DNA from: the human T2T-CHM13v2.0 reference genome, Homo sapiens
Direction: 5' to 3' (one strand)
DNA: 64,000 nt
NCBI RefSeq assembly: GCF_009914755.1
Contig: NC_060936.1
Positions 1 through 16,722 of this stretch are shown here, one piece after another. The stretch's first letter is position 1; every line of letters starts with the position of its first letter. Below the pieces are notes generated by a model that worked only from the letters and a program-made list of their open reading frames with translations, did not search any database and was not told the origin of the DNA. A program made the position numbers and the translations under genes.

Positions 1-497
1 GTTAAGGGGATTAGTAAGAAAGCCATGTACTAACATGAAGTTATCATGAAGTCCATACATGAAATTCAGGTCTAAAATAGATGCTACACTCCACAGAGGA
101 GATTTAACTTGCAGTGTGATTGAATTCCTTACATAGATATGATAATTCTAAGTGTAGTTTTTATGTGTTTAGGTTTATTTTACTCCCTTTGTTTTCACAA
201 AAATTAGTAGTCAAGTAGTAGCAGATTAGGGTTTAGCATCCTATTTTTAAAATAACATTTCTAATTTACTGTTAGTCTTCAATTACATGTCAGTTTGAAA
301 CAGCAGTCAAGGAAATTATTTTCTAAAATAAATGTGTGATCTCAACACAGTGTTTCTGGAACTAAAAAAACCCACACAAAATAGATGTGTGAGACACTGA
401 TACCAGCCCTTATCCTCTTTGGGTCAGGCTGACTTGATTGCAAGGCCTGGGTGTAAATGGCACTACATTTGTGGGTTCAGTTTCTACTTGACTGAGG

Positions 498-624
498 TGG
501 AAATAGAGTATTTCCATGCTGGCAACCAGCTACCTCACAGAGGTATTGTGTACTGGAGTTGGAAATAGAGTATTTCCATGCTGGCAAACAGCCACCTCAC
601 AGAGGTATTGTGTACTAGAGTTGG
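498..624. repeat. 62-bp tandem duplication (2 copies)
   Basis: Units start at 498 and 560 and differ at 3 positions. Confidence 0.95.
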
Positions 625-1516
625 GGGAGTGAGGGAGGAAAGAATAAGATAGTGTAGCTGCACCCAAAACAACTTAGAGTGATGCCAAAAGAGAGACCAG
701 CATCATCTTCAAGTAAATGTGTATATGCAAATCATCGTTAATAGGAAGTTAAACATTTTAACTTATTTGCTTTCTAAGGGTTGCAGTAAAATGTTTGTCA
801 AGAGGGAGTAAAATGCAACCCACATATATGACCCCATTATCCTATTTACAACAAATTTCTTCCCTCTTTCATCAACATTTTGTGATGTTACCAGAGCTCA
901 TTTACAGGTTGAAATCACTAGTTCAGTGAGAGGGAATTTAATAAATATACAATTAGATAGGCGCAAATGAAAAGATTATACAGAACCTAGCTTACAAAAA
1001 CAAAATGGTAAAAATAAAAACAAAATTTTAAAAATACAAAATGAAAAGATTATACAGAACTTATATCCAAAGATCTTATTTAATACAGAAATGAAATCAG
1101 AATGCCCTTCTAGAAAGAGGAAGTTAAAATGGGAACACTTCTGTTTCTTTGCAAACAAGACTGCATTTCATCACATCTGAAAAATCAGTTGATGATTTCA
1201 TTATAATTTCTCAATGTTGAATGCCCAGTTATTGTGTAAATTGAGGAATGATCCTTGTAACTTGACCAAAGTGGGAAGAAAAGTGTTTGTTTATAATGGG
1301 AAAGGGGGAAGTGAGATCTAGCCAAAGTTCTAATTACTTTGGCCTTGGAAGCTTAAAGATAATGGAAATAATAGAGCATTGAGAAAGAAATCAAAAGCCC
1401 TTCAGAATGATTGTATCAGTTGTTCAACACTGACAGCCTCTAAGCGTTCAATGGCATTGCCTGCTGTTAGACCAAACTCTTAGAGAAAACTCACACCTTT
1501 AACATAAATATATAAA

Positions 1517-1710
1517 CCAGGTGTGGTGGTGTCTGGCCTATAGCCCCAACTGCTCTGGAGGCTGAGGTGGAAGGATCACTTGAGCCCAGGAGTTCAAGGC
1601 TATAGTGTACTATACCCATGCCTGTGAATAACCACTGCACTCCAGCCTGGGCCACATAGCAAGACCCATCTACAAAATATAACAAAATAAAATAAAATTA
1701 AAATTAAAAA
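1517..1710 (+). mobile_element. FAM (fossil Alu monomer)
   Basis: Monomer carrying the FAM-type GCCTGTGAATAaCCACTGCAC segment and an A-rich tail. Confidence 0.85.
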
Positions 1711-2059
1711 GAATATAATGGGTTGGCACAACTATATCAGGAACTGAAATCAACGTTATAGCTTGTCAAAGCGTGAGAATTGGGTCTTAACAGAATTTAT
1801 TCCTTTTTCACTTCAATTTTTACAAGGTAGTATGGTAGACTGAAAAAAGGATGTAACTGAACCTGAATCCAAATCCCTGCTCTCACATTTATTAGCTATA
1901 TTTCTTTATTTATTTGTAAAATTGAAATAATACTTATAAAATCCCTGTAAGAATTATAGGTAATGTTTATTAATGGACTAGCACTTTGTAAGTATGTGAT
2001 AAACAAAAGCTAGTATTGTTTCCTTTCCCTTTTTTCTTAATCTCCAAACAGTCTGAGTA

Positions 2060-3135
<1,076 letters not shown>

Positions 3136-4816
3136 TTCCCAATAAGTGCGTGAGAGTATGGCACATGGCAAAGGCAACAACTGTAAGAAGCATATTAAAA
3201 GCAATTTAAGAGCTTAAAAGCCAGGATGCCTTTACAAAAGTGTTTTTGAACTTTAAACATAACTCTGAAAGAGTCTTAACTCTAACTATCCCTTTAACAG
3301 AAATGTTGTTACTTTTTAAAAACTATTTTCAGTGATTCTTTCAGATATGGCCTACTCTCTTTGCTCTCTGCCTTTGCTTATATGACTTTCTCTATTTAGA
3401 ACACTGCCCACCTAACCTCAATTCCTCCAGTCCCCTGGCTGGCTTGTACTTCTTGAAGACTTTGCGGAATTAGGAGGCTTTCCATAGGCAGAGTAGGTGG
3501 GGAAGGGCATAGCAGATTGAAGAGATGGCAAGAGAGAAGGCAAAGAACAGAGTAAATGCACAGCAAATACCAGAAATGGTGAATTCTCCTCTGTGGGTGG
3601 AGGTAAAATGCATGGCAGAGCCTGGCAATACCCTTACTAGGCTAGTGCTACTTATTAGGCCAAGTGATCAAGTGACAGATTTTAAATACAGTAACATGTG
3701 GCTTTTGCTAGAGACTATTGTAGCACAGTATTGGCAATATAGTAGAAATAATTCCCTATTACCCAGTCCTCGGATGTATGGTGAATAGTCTTATTTCCTT
3801 TCAGAATTAACCAGTTACCTGACCCAAAATGCAGCAGCAAGACCATAGCATAAATTAAAGTTTGATGATTTCTGCAGTTTGGATGGTGTCAGAAAACCTG
3901 GGAAGGAAATTATCTAGCTTGTTTGATCTATTTTGCAATGAGCAGGACCTCAAATTACAGGGATATTGAGTGCTAAAAGAACAGATTGCATGCCAGTCAC
4001 AACGGGAAGAAAGAAAACAAAACTAATCCTTGGGAAAAAATACACTAATCTGAATTAGCCAAGCCTAAATTAGTTACCATTTCCTAGCAACCCATGTGCC
4101 TCAGGAGCCAACGAAATGCCACCTTTGGATTGGGGTCAAGTCCTACTCCTCACAGGGACTGCTCCCACAAGGAAGCCATTCTGACCCGTGGCCAGGCTCC
4201 TGGACTTGCAGGGGACAGCTGGAGGGGTGCTCGTCCTGTTTCACGAGACTGGTACACAGCACCTCCATTAGTTGAGAGAGTAATTACTTCACTTTAACCT
4301 TTCAGCATCTAGTGTCCCCCAGAGAGTCAGAGGGTATTGCTCCCTACACCCCAACTCTCTCACTCCCTGCATATTCTGCTAGCAGCCACGCTGCCACAAC
4401 AGAAATGAGACTAGGTCCTCTGCACCCCTAAGCCAAACCCCACAGGGCAGCCTCAGCTGAGTCATGAGTGAAATGCCGCTGTCCTAGCCACAGTATCCCA
4501 ACGTCCTCAATAACTTCGAGGAAGCAGCACTGCTTCACTACCAAGTGGTTACTTGCACACCCTGACAAAAGCCATGCCAGTGCTTCTCTCCATTAACACA
4601 ATTTAGATTTACCTGCGTCAGTGACATTCTGAGGGTTTTTGAATTCATTTTTCTCATATACTGACACAGGTAATATTTTAATTACTTAATACTAATAGCA
4701 AAAACAAGATTGCAGGAACAAAAAATCTATAGTAATGACATAAATTATAGTGAAACAAGATTATAAAGACAGAGAGGTCTGTCTCACTAGTGTGAGCTAT
4801 TGAAAATCCAAACACT

Positions 4817-5136
4817 GGCTGGGCATAGTGGTTCACACCTACAAGCTCAGCACTTTGGGAGGCCGAGGTGGGAAGCTCACTTGAGCCCAGGAGTTCGAGA
4901 CCAGCCTAAGCAACAAAGAGAGACCCCATCTATACAAAAATTAAAATAATTAGCCAGGTGTGTGGTACGTGCCTGTAGTCCCAGCTACTCTGGAGGCTGA
5001 GGCAGGAGGGTGGCTTGAGCCCAGGAATTCAAGGACGTAGTGAGTTATGTTGTGCCACTGCACTCCAGCCTGGGTGACAGAGTGAGAATCTGTCTCTAAA
5101 AAAAAAAGAAAAAAGAAAAAAAGAAAGAAAAAAAAA
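4817..5136 (+). mobile_element. AluJ-type
   Basis: Dimer with TTGAGCCCAGGA in both arms and A tail. Confidence 0.9.
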
Positions 5137-7293
5137 CGACCTAGGGTTACCTCTGGAGCTAATGGTGACCTGAATCGTGACACCAACGAGCTAGTTTCAG
5201 GAAAATAGTTTAATCCCTAGAGCCCCCAGGAATCATCTCATTTTCTGCTTTCCAATCACATTCTAATCAGAGCAAGCAAGTCTAGATCAAATAGTGTGGT
5301 TAGTATAGATCTGATATACCATAAATGGACGTAAGAAACATCACTTTGCTTTCTTCCCAAATCTAACAAAATATGTCTCTAAGCACCTCTTCCCCCGTGT
5401 GGTGAGGCATTGTTAGTTTTGTTAAACTTTTTAAGCTGATGTCCTGTCCAGGAGCTTCTAGGAGTCTCAAAAAACTACAAAGTTCAGAAAACCTGGGGAA
5501 GACCTTAGAGCTTCAGCCTGTCATGGTCATGCCTGAGCTATTCAGACAGTGGTTATTGCCCAAGCTGACGTGGTCATTCAAAGGCAGGAGGCTCCTTTTC
5601 CAAGCTTTGTTGATGCCCAAGGCAGGGCAATTTGTGTTCAATTTCTCCAACAACTACATGCCATCCAAGAGACTTCTTGCCACTGCCCTGGACCCCACAT
5701 GGGAGTGAGATGCAGAGTGCTACCAGTCTTGGAATCTGCTACCATTATCACCCTAGATATGACCAAATTTGCCTCGTTAATACCCAGCGGCCTCAGAAAG
5801 TCCCTCCCCAGCTTATCCTCTCTCAGTGGAACTTGTTTTCCAAACAACAGCCTGGATAGGAGGTAGCATTCTGGAAGCATGGCAACTTGTGTTTCTTCCA
5901 GGAAATATAAATGCTATTCTTGCAAGAGTTTTAAATCTTTTTTTAAAAAACTGTGTAATAAAAGTGACCCTACCAAAAGAACACTGTACTGAGATATTCT
6001 TTCTAGTTAATTTTTACATGGCTTATATGTTATCTGAATGCTGCTCATGAAGCTCTGTGAAAATATTTCGCTTATTTCCATTGAAATTTAAGAGAACACA
6101 GATCTGGGTACAGATGAGCTGCAGAAGAAAGATGATGATAAAGTAACATGACTGCCTCAACAAATATGACAGAGTTCATATATGCAGATGAATGAGGAAG
6201 GCTTCAAAATAATCACCCTTACTTTAGTAATTCCACTATCGATTAAAATATTTTTGGAACTTCTCTCTTAGAGTCCCCTTCAAGGCCTAAAACACACTCC
6301 TCTCTTTCTCCCTCCCTTTCTTTCTCTTATTTTCTCTTATCTCCCTGAGATATTCGTTATAGCTTATGTCTTATTTTGTTTTGCCTCTGTTTCCTTTGAG
6401 TTCTTCTTCTCGAAATGTTTCTTTTGATATTAATGTCACTCTGTCTTTCACAATAGTGTCTTTCATCAAGTATCCTCCACTGATTGTGTAAGAGTAATAC
6501 AAAGCACCAAGGAGCTGAGCAGAAAATCTGTAAGCCTGGGTACGTCTCACCACAGGCAATTGATCAAGACTGGCCATTTCACTGTGGGCCCCAAATATTA
6601 ATATCTATAGGTCTTTTCTCCTGGTTCAGACATTTACTCCAGAGAGGATCCTATTGGCTCCTGCCTGGGAGGTGGTTTTGGCAGCCAGACATCAAGGAGC
6701 TCAGTTCAGGCAGGTTGAGAGCTGGGTGACTGGCTTACTGCTCAGAATGCAGATTTGCATTTAATGCCCCTATTTTCATTATGGCATTATCCCCTGTCTT
6801 TAGTCATGCCTTGAGTCCTAAGTCCAGAGTCTTTGGTTCATCCTCTCCAAAGAGTGATCTTCTCATCCTTCTTCTAGGGTGGGAAAAGGCAGCAACCTGG
6901 TTTCCTGGTCTGGGGGAGAAAATCTGGGGCTTAACTGTTCCATATACAGATTTCCAACCTGTCTTCCTGTTTATAGCACTGCCGTGCAGTCCTGCCTTCA
7001 GAATTACTGAGTTTTTTTCCAGGATCTGGGGCACAAACTAGTTTGCTTTGTATTGATTTCCCTTTTTCCAGGCACTCAGGTGTCAGCTTTCTCCATTATC
7101 CTAAGTTAGTTACTACTCAACCACTCTGTATTATAAACTTTTATTGACATTTCTCATCTATTATCATCTCTTCTGCTTTTCCTTTGCCCTTATTGGTTTA
7201 TACCTTTTCAAACTCCTTTTGTTGATACTTTAATGGAATTTGGAAAGTGAACAGAGAGAAACCTGTGTGCCCATCCCACCACTTTCAACAGAA

Positions 7294-7540
7294 GGCCTAG
7301 TGGCTTATGATTGTAATCACAGCACTTTGGGAGGCCAAGACAGGAGGATTGCTTGAGCCCAGGAGTTCAAGACCAGCCTTGGCAACATAACGAGACTCTG
7401 TCTCTACAAAAAATGAAAAATTAGCTGTGTGTGGTGGTACATGCCTGTAGGTGGGAGGATCACCTGAGCCTGGGAAATCAAAGCTGAAAAAACATAATTG
7501 CACTGCTTCACTCCAGTCTGGACAACAGAGTGAGACCCTG
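7294..7540 (+). mobile_element. AluJ-type, interrupted; tail resumes at 8281-8306
   Basis: Ends GAGACCCTG at the LTR edge; TCTAAAAACAAAAC tail lies after the insert. Confidence 0.85.
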
Positions 7541-7943
7541 TGATATAGTTTGGTTATTTGTGCCCATCCAAATCTCCTGTTGAATTATAATCCCCAGTGT
7601 TGGAGGTGGGGCCTGGTGGGAGGTGTTTGGGTCATGGGCGCAGATCCCTCGTGGCTTGGTGCTGTCCTGGTGATAGTGAGTGAGTTCTCACGAGATCTGG
7701 TTGTTGTAAAGTGTGGCCCCCGCCAACCCCCGGCAACTCTCTTGCTCCTGCTCCACCACGTGAAATACCTGTTCCTCCTTCACCTTCCTCCATAATTGTA
7801 AGCTCCCTGAGGCCTCTCCAGAAGCAGATGCTGGTGCCATGCTTCCTGAACAGCCTGCAGAACCATGAGCCAATTAAATCTCTTTTCTTATAAATTACCC
7901 AGTGTCAGGTATTTCTTTATAACAACATAAGAATGGCCTAACA
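7541..7943. mobile_element. MaLR solo LTR (MST family)
   Basis: TGATATAGTTTGG...GAATGGCCTAACA termini; internal GAGGCCTCtCCAGAAGCAGATGC. Confidence 0.9.
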
Positions 7944-7944
7944 G

Positions 7945-8270
7945 AGCTGCGTGCAGTAGCTCCTGCTTGTAATCCAAGCATTTTGGGAGGCTGAGGCAGG
8001 AGGATTGCTTAAGTCCAAGAGTCCAAGACCAGCCTGGGCAACACAGCAAGACTGTGTTTCTACTAAAAATTTAAAAAGTTGGCCAGGTGTGGTGGCACAC
8101 ACCTGTGGTCCCAGCTACTCGCCTGTGGTCCCAGCTACTTGGAAGGCTGAGGCAGGAGGATTGCTTGAGCCCAGGAGTTCACGCTGCAGTGAGCCAAGAT
8201 TGTGCCCTTGCACTCTAGCCTGGGCAACAGAGCAAGACCCTGTCTCCAAAACAACAAAACAAAACAAAAC
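7945..8270 (+). mobile_element. AluJ-type with internal 20-bp duplication
   Basis: Flanked by TGGCCTAACA at 7934 and 8271. Confidence 0.88.
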
Positions 8271-9012
8271 TGGCCTAACACCCTATCTAAAAACAAAACA
8301 AAACAGAGGGCTATAGCACATTCTTTAGAATATCTTAAATTATGGCAAATCTCCATCTTTTCAGGATGGTTTTAGTTTTGGGGAATAGTCAAAAGTGTGA
8401 GAAACCCTTGGTCAAATTCCCTTTCCTAGGCCTGAAGCCCCCAACACTCACCATAAATAATTATTTTTCTCTATCTTGAGAAACAAATAAGTTGAGTAAA
8501 TCATGACTATTGCCCATTGTAATACAACAAAGTAATCTAGGGTCTGTAAGCAACTTTCCTAAAAAGATAAAATGCATACATTGCATCAAAAAGAACATGC
8601 AGTACATACAAAATTTCTGAGGAAGAAAAATTATCTCTGCCCTCAAATCATGCTTACTTGCTATTTTATTTTTAAATAGATTGCTCATTAAACCTACCTC
8701 AAATGGAATGACAGGATTATAAATGGATGTTATAACTGCCCTTAACTTCTTCCCCAGGGGAGATAATTAAGGGGATCAAAAACACTTCTTCCCTTTGCAG
8801 TAGTCACATGATAACATGCTATCACTTTGGTTCAGGTTGGCAAGCAAATATTTGCTTGTTCCACTTCCAAGAAAGTATAAGGTCATAACTATTTAAACAT
8901 TTGAAAACAAAAATTAATCTTATCAGCATAAGGCTGAAACCAGCATATGTAATAACTGGCTGTTCTTTAGTATTGAGTTGGGAACGGCATAAAGGGGACC
9001 AAAGACTAACTC

Positions 9013-10032
<1,020 letters not shown>

Positions 10033-10404
10033 TAGGCCTAGCCTGAAAAATGAGATTATTCTTGATTTTTGAACAGGGTCCTTGAACTGTCATTTAAAAC
10101 CAAATCTGGTAATCTTTAGAGGCCACTGATGAAAAATAAGGGTAACTACAAAGTGATGACACTTTGTGTGGCTCAGAATCTGTCCTCTTAGGCAGATACA
10201 GAAGTGCAGTTCTTTTTGAGTTCTGGTAGCATTGTTTTAAAAGCTGTGCACAGCCTCCTGAGATTGCTATTTTCAAAGGTAGCATTTAGTTGGATATATG
10301 TTTGGGTAGGTTTTATTTTTAAAATGCTGTTGCTTTCTAATGACCCCTTATGTTCTAATATGGAAAGGGGAGGCAAAGTATTGTGAAAAGTAGTTGGTAA
10401 AGTA

Positions 10405-10718
<314 letters not shown>

Positions 10719-11204
10719 TCACATGAACCTTATTTATAATAGTAAAACACTGATTTATAATAATAAAAAATTTGCTATAGTAACAAAAAGAGTCTAGAGT
10801 AAGAAACTAGCTGAGCAACGTGGTGTCACACTATACACCCATTAAGACAACAGGCACATGTGTCATGTCCATTTTGTGGAAAAGATATGTAAAATAATTT
10901 TAAGTAAAAAAGATAAATATAAAAAAGTGAATGCATACAAAACAATTTCACAAAATTGAATGTTACTCAAAAATCACAGCTCATTTTAAGCTGCACAAAA
11001 TAGTCATTTTTTTCTTTATAATTGCTCAAATTCATAATCAAACAGAAGAAAGTTCCTGTCTTGGAAGTAGTGCTATGCCCCAATTCTTCCAGAGCCAGTA
11101 CTTTAAACAATTCCATTTCATTATTTTCCTGTAGACTAATTCTTAGGACATCAGCATATCTCTCTTCAAGCATTAAAAAAATCTCTTTAGAGTCAGTGGA
11201 TCAA

Positions 11205-11310
11205 TAGACAGTTCCTGTTTTCCACACAACTGAAAGGGTGGAGCCCCCAAACCACAAGGGGAAGAAGGAAGTTAAAAGATGTTAAATACTGGGGCCAGCT
11301 CACCCTGGTC
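11205..11310 (+). promoter_or_regulatory. LYZ: LYZ proximal promoter (ETS/PU.1-like, RUNX, TATA-like)
   Basis: AACCACA 11250-11256, GAAGGAAGT 11264-11272, AGTTCCTG near 11210, TTAAATA 11282-11288; fits myeloid expression. Confidence 0.7.
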
Positions 11311-11317
11311 AGCCTAG

Positions 11318-11560
<243 letters not shown>

Positions 11561-11912
11561 TGAATAGATGTTTTATTTCTTTGTGGGTTTGTATACTTAC
11601 AATGGCTAAAAACATCAGTTTGGTTCTTTATAACCAGAGATACCCGATAAAGGAATACGGGCATGGCAGGGGAAAATTCCATTCTAAGTAAAACAGGACC
11701 TGTTGTACTGTTCTAGTGCTAGGAAGTTTGCTGGGTGCCTGAGATTCAATGGCACATGTAAGCTGACTGAAAGATACATTTGAGGACCTGGCAGAGCTCT
11801 CTCAAGTCCTTGGTATGTGACTCCAGTTATTTCCCATTTTGAACTTGGGCTCTGAGAGCCTAGAGTGATGCAGTATTTTTCTTGTCTTCAAGTCCCCTGC
11901 CGTGATGTGGGA

Positions 11913-12232
11913 TTTTTATTTTTATTTTTATTTTATTTTATTTTATTTTTAAAGACAGTCTCACTGTGTGGCCCAGGCTGGAGTGCAGTGGCATGATCTC
12001 AGCTCACTGCAACCTCTGCCTTCTGGGCTCAAGTGATTCTCGTGCTTCAGCCTTCTGAGTAGCTGTGACTACAGGTGTGTACCACCACACCCAGCTAATT
12101 TTTTGTATTTTCAGTAGAGATGGGGTTTCACCATGTTGGCCAAGCTGGTCTTGAACTCCTGGCCTCAAATGATCTGCCCACCTCAGCCTCCCAAAGTGGT
12201 AGGATTACAGGTGTGAACCACTGCACCCAGCC
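11913..12232 (-). mobile_element. Alu in LYZ intron 1
   Basis: Full dimer; flanking TGGGATTTTTA repeat. Confidence 0.92.
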
Positions 12233-12985
12233 GACATGGGATTTTTAACAGTGATGTTTTTAAAGAATATATTGAATTCCCTACACAAGAGCAGTAGGAA
12301 CCTAGTTCCCTTCAGTCACTCTTTGTATAGGATCCCAGAAACTCAGCATGAAATGTTTTATTATTTTTATCTACTCTACTTGATTAACTATCTTTCATTT
12401 TCTCCCACACAATTCAAGATGTGCCATGAGGAAAAGTTATTTTATAGTTTAGTACATAGTTGTCGATGTAATAATCTCTGTAGTTTTCAGATTGAATTCA
12501 GACATTTCCCCTCAATAGCTATTTTTGAATGAATGAGTGAAGGGATGAAATCACGGAATAGTCTTGTTTTCAAGATTCTAACTTGATATCCAAATTCACC
12601 TTTAGATATTATAAGAAAATTTCTATCAGAAAATCCTTATGTTTTTCTGATTAAAAAAAGCATTTTTCCATCAGCCTATGTATCTGCTATGAATTTACAA
12701 AATCTACTCAACAGCTCTGTTGATTTTTCTGTTCTTGGCTGAATGTTGCCTGAGGGATGGGAGCACGGGAAGGGTAAAAGCAATGGAAGAAACATGTATT
12801 TTAATATTTTAAAAGTATGTTATATTGTTCGTTGGTGTTACAAGATGATTTGCATTACAAAAGGATTCTCTTACAAGTCCCTTATCTTAACACTAAAGTG
12901 CTAAGATATTTTATAAGTAAATCTTTATACTTATAAAACAAATCAGTAAAATAGAAGTAGCTAAGTAGAACTGATTTTGCTATAG

Positions 12986-13213
<228 letters not shown>

Positions 13214-13660
13214 TAATATTTGACCAATCTGGTTATACTTACAAGAATTGAGACTCAATACAAATGAAAAAGCCTTGAAAGGTTCATGAGGGACCTAGAA
13301 AAACTACATCTCAACTTCCAGAAAGTCATTATTATTTTCCTCATAATTCCCTGAGTAAGAAATTAAAGAAGTGGTATCATAAAAGGTTGATGTTTTTTAA
13401 TATACAGAAGTTTCTGGAATGACCTATTAATTTACTGTCAATGGCCTTACTGATGCTTTGTCCAGAACAATGCCATTGCTCCTGCTTACTTTGGGGAGGT
13501 TTTGGGATAATTTAGTTGTATGGTCCTTTTTCAATTGTTTTACTTTTTTTTTTATGAAATGTTCTAAATGTATAGAAAATTAGAGACATTAGTATAATAA
13601 ACAGCCATATGCCCATTATGCACTTTAAAAGTTGTTAACATTTTGCCATAGTTGCTTCTT

Positions 13661-13667
<7 letters not shown>

Positions 13668-13691
<24 letters not shown>

Positions 13692-13991
13692 GCTGAGAGT
13701 TTTTTGTTTGGTTTTGTTTTGTTTTATTTTGAGACAGGGTCTCCCTGTCCCCAGGCTGTAGTGCAGTGGCACCATCACAGCTCACTGCAGCCTCAAGTGA
13801 TCATCCCACCACAGCCTCCCAAGTAGCTGGGACTACAGGTGTGCACCACCATGCCTGGCAAATTTTTGAAATTTTTAGTACAGGCAAATTCTGTGTTGCC
13901 CAGGCTGGTCTTGAACTCCTGAGTTCAAGCAATCTTCCCACCTCAGCCTCCTTAAGTGCTGGAATTACAGGCGTTAGCCACTGTACCTGGC
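13668..13991 (-). mobile_element. AluJ-type in LYZ intron 2
   Basis: Dimer with T-rich tail. Confidence 0.88.
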
Positions 13992-15141
13992 TACTGCTGA
14001 GAGACTTTTAAGTGAATTAGGAACATGATGATATTCCATTTCTAAATTCTTTAGTTTACATCTTCAAAAAATACAGTTCCTGTAGAATTATTATTGTAAA
14101 TAACAAATTAACTTAAGGATTTATTTATTTGGAGTGAAACAAATATTTTACTGAACTCATAAAAATAGAAATACCATGTGGAATCCTCAGTGTCAAAAAT
14201 ATTGCAGAAATCTTGCAAAGTTGATATTATTAAATTGTTAAATATTAAAATTCCCAATAAAGAACATTAATCTTATTTCTAAAATCCAGTTAATTAAAAA
14301 AATTTATATTATATAATAATATTTGGTCATTAAATAAAAATTAGAAAATACAAATAAGAAAAATAACACCCATAATCTTACTACCCAGAGGTTTATAACC
14401 ATGGGTAAATTCTGGTATATATTCTTCCAGAATGTATATCAATCATGTGTATGAATGTTAAATTATATCATACACATATAAACCCACATACAAACATGTA
14501 AATACTGTGTGCTTTTGCAAAAATTAAATTGTATTATACACACGGCTTTACAATTTGCTTCTTATCACACAAAATTATTTGCATGTCAGCAAATACAAAT
14601 CGGTTTTTAATGATCTTTTGCTCCATTTTCCAGATGAGAAAAAAATACAAATCTGTATCATCATTTTAAAAGAATGACTAGAATTTTAATATATGAATAT
14701 TCTATAATTTACTGATCCAATTGTTACTATTGAGCACTTAGGTTGTTTCCATTTTTCCCTCATAAATTGCTATGAATAGCTTTTTGTATACATCTTTGGG
14801 TGCATTTCTTATTTCTTTTGGATAAATTTTCAATAATAGAACTGCTGAGTAAAATATCACTAGGTGTTTTTTTACAGTGTCTAGTGCAAAGAAGACCTTT
14901 AATCATTTTGTTAATACTTCCAGAGCTTCCAATGACTTTGGTAAATGAAGAAAAAAATGCTTCATTTCATGCTGAATGGGAGAGAATGAAGAGAGTTTTC
15001 CCCAACAATTACACATATATGGACTCATAGAAAATAATATCTTACCATTCTTTCCACAGCCTAACAGAAAAAAGCTGGCTAAACCTAAATTTAAAATAAA
15101 ATATCTATTAAAGTTTTTATTCCTTACCACCTGTCTTTCAG

Positions 15142-15220
15142 CTTTGCTGCAAGATAACATCGCTGATGCTGTAGCTTGTGCAAAGAGGGTTGTCCGTGAT
15201 CCACAAGGCATTAGAGCATG
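15142..15220 (+). CDS. LYZ: Lysozyme C exon 3
   Basis: ctttcAG acceptor; (A)[25 protein letters not shown](W); donor GTATGT; 79 nt. Confidence 0.99.
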
Positions 15221-15513
15221 GTATGTTTTAAGTGTTAAAAGGGAAAACTATCTTACTCTACTGTTGATATATACAATGAGAGCAGACTTTTAAAGACCAA
15301 AGTATGCTAATGACACCTCAAAATTGCAGCTTTTGGCTTATGCTAAATGATGTATTACCTACATCCTTGAAGAAACAATCTACTTTAACTGATCCAGAAT
15401 CTTACTCTTTTACTCCTCAATTTATTTTAGGGGATTTCTAGAGTTTTAAGATGCTTCACACTCTATCAGTTCCTTGTCATATCTTGAAATTCTTTTTAGA
15501 ATAAGTAAGTGTG

Positions 15514-15810
15514 GGCCGGGCACAGTGGCTCATGCCTGTAATCCCAGCACTTTGGGAGACCGAGGCAGATGGATCACCTGAGGTCAGGAGTTCGAGACCA
15601 GCCTGCCTAACATGGCAAAACCCCATCTCCACTAAAAATACAAAAAATTAGCTGGGTGTGGTGGCAGGTGCCTGTAATCCCAGCCACTCGGGAGGCTGAG
15701 GCAGGAGACTTGCTTGAACCCGGGAGGTGGAGGTTGCAGAGGATTGCGCCATTGTACTTCAGCCTGGGCGACAGAGTGAGACTCTGTCTCAAATAAATAC
15801 ATAAAAAATA
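15514..15810 (+). mobile_element. AluS in LYZ intron 3
   Basis: Full dimer starting GGCCGGGCACAGTGGCTC. Confidence 0.92.
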
Positions 15811-16042
15811 AACGTGGAATTCACTTTGCAGTTGCTGCTGTACAACGCACATTACTCAATCTTTATGTTCGGCATTCTATGCTCTACTGAGAAATTTGGG
15901 TAGGAGTGAAGTATTTTGTATACATATCTTCATTTAATAAATAGCAATAGCTGGGTCTATCTTACTATTTTATCTATTGATAAAATATTTTGTTTCCCCA
16001 AGGAGTGCGAAGTATGTATATTACAATGAAGATATGTTTTAA

Positions 16043-16141
<99 letters not shown>

Positions 16142-16324
16142 CTCCAGAATTTTCCTTCTTCAGCTCATTTTGTCTCTCTCACATTAAGGGAGTAGGAATT
16201 AAGTGAAAGGTCACACTACCATTATTTCCCCTTCAAACAAATAATATTTTTACAGAAGCAGGAGCAAAATATGGCCTTTCTTCTAAGAGATATAATGTTC
16301 ACTAATGTGGTTATTTTATATTAA

Positions 16325-16722
<398 letters not shown>

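Noticed and set aside
6753-6760. Octamer ATTTGCAT (also ATGCAAAT at 725-732)
   Set aside because: Isolated 8-mers are expected several times in 64 kb; no supporting context
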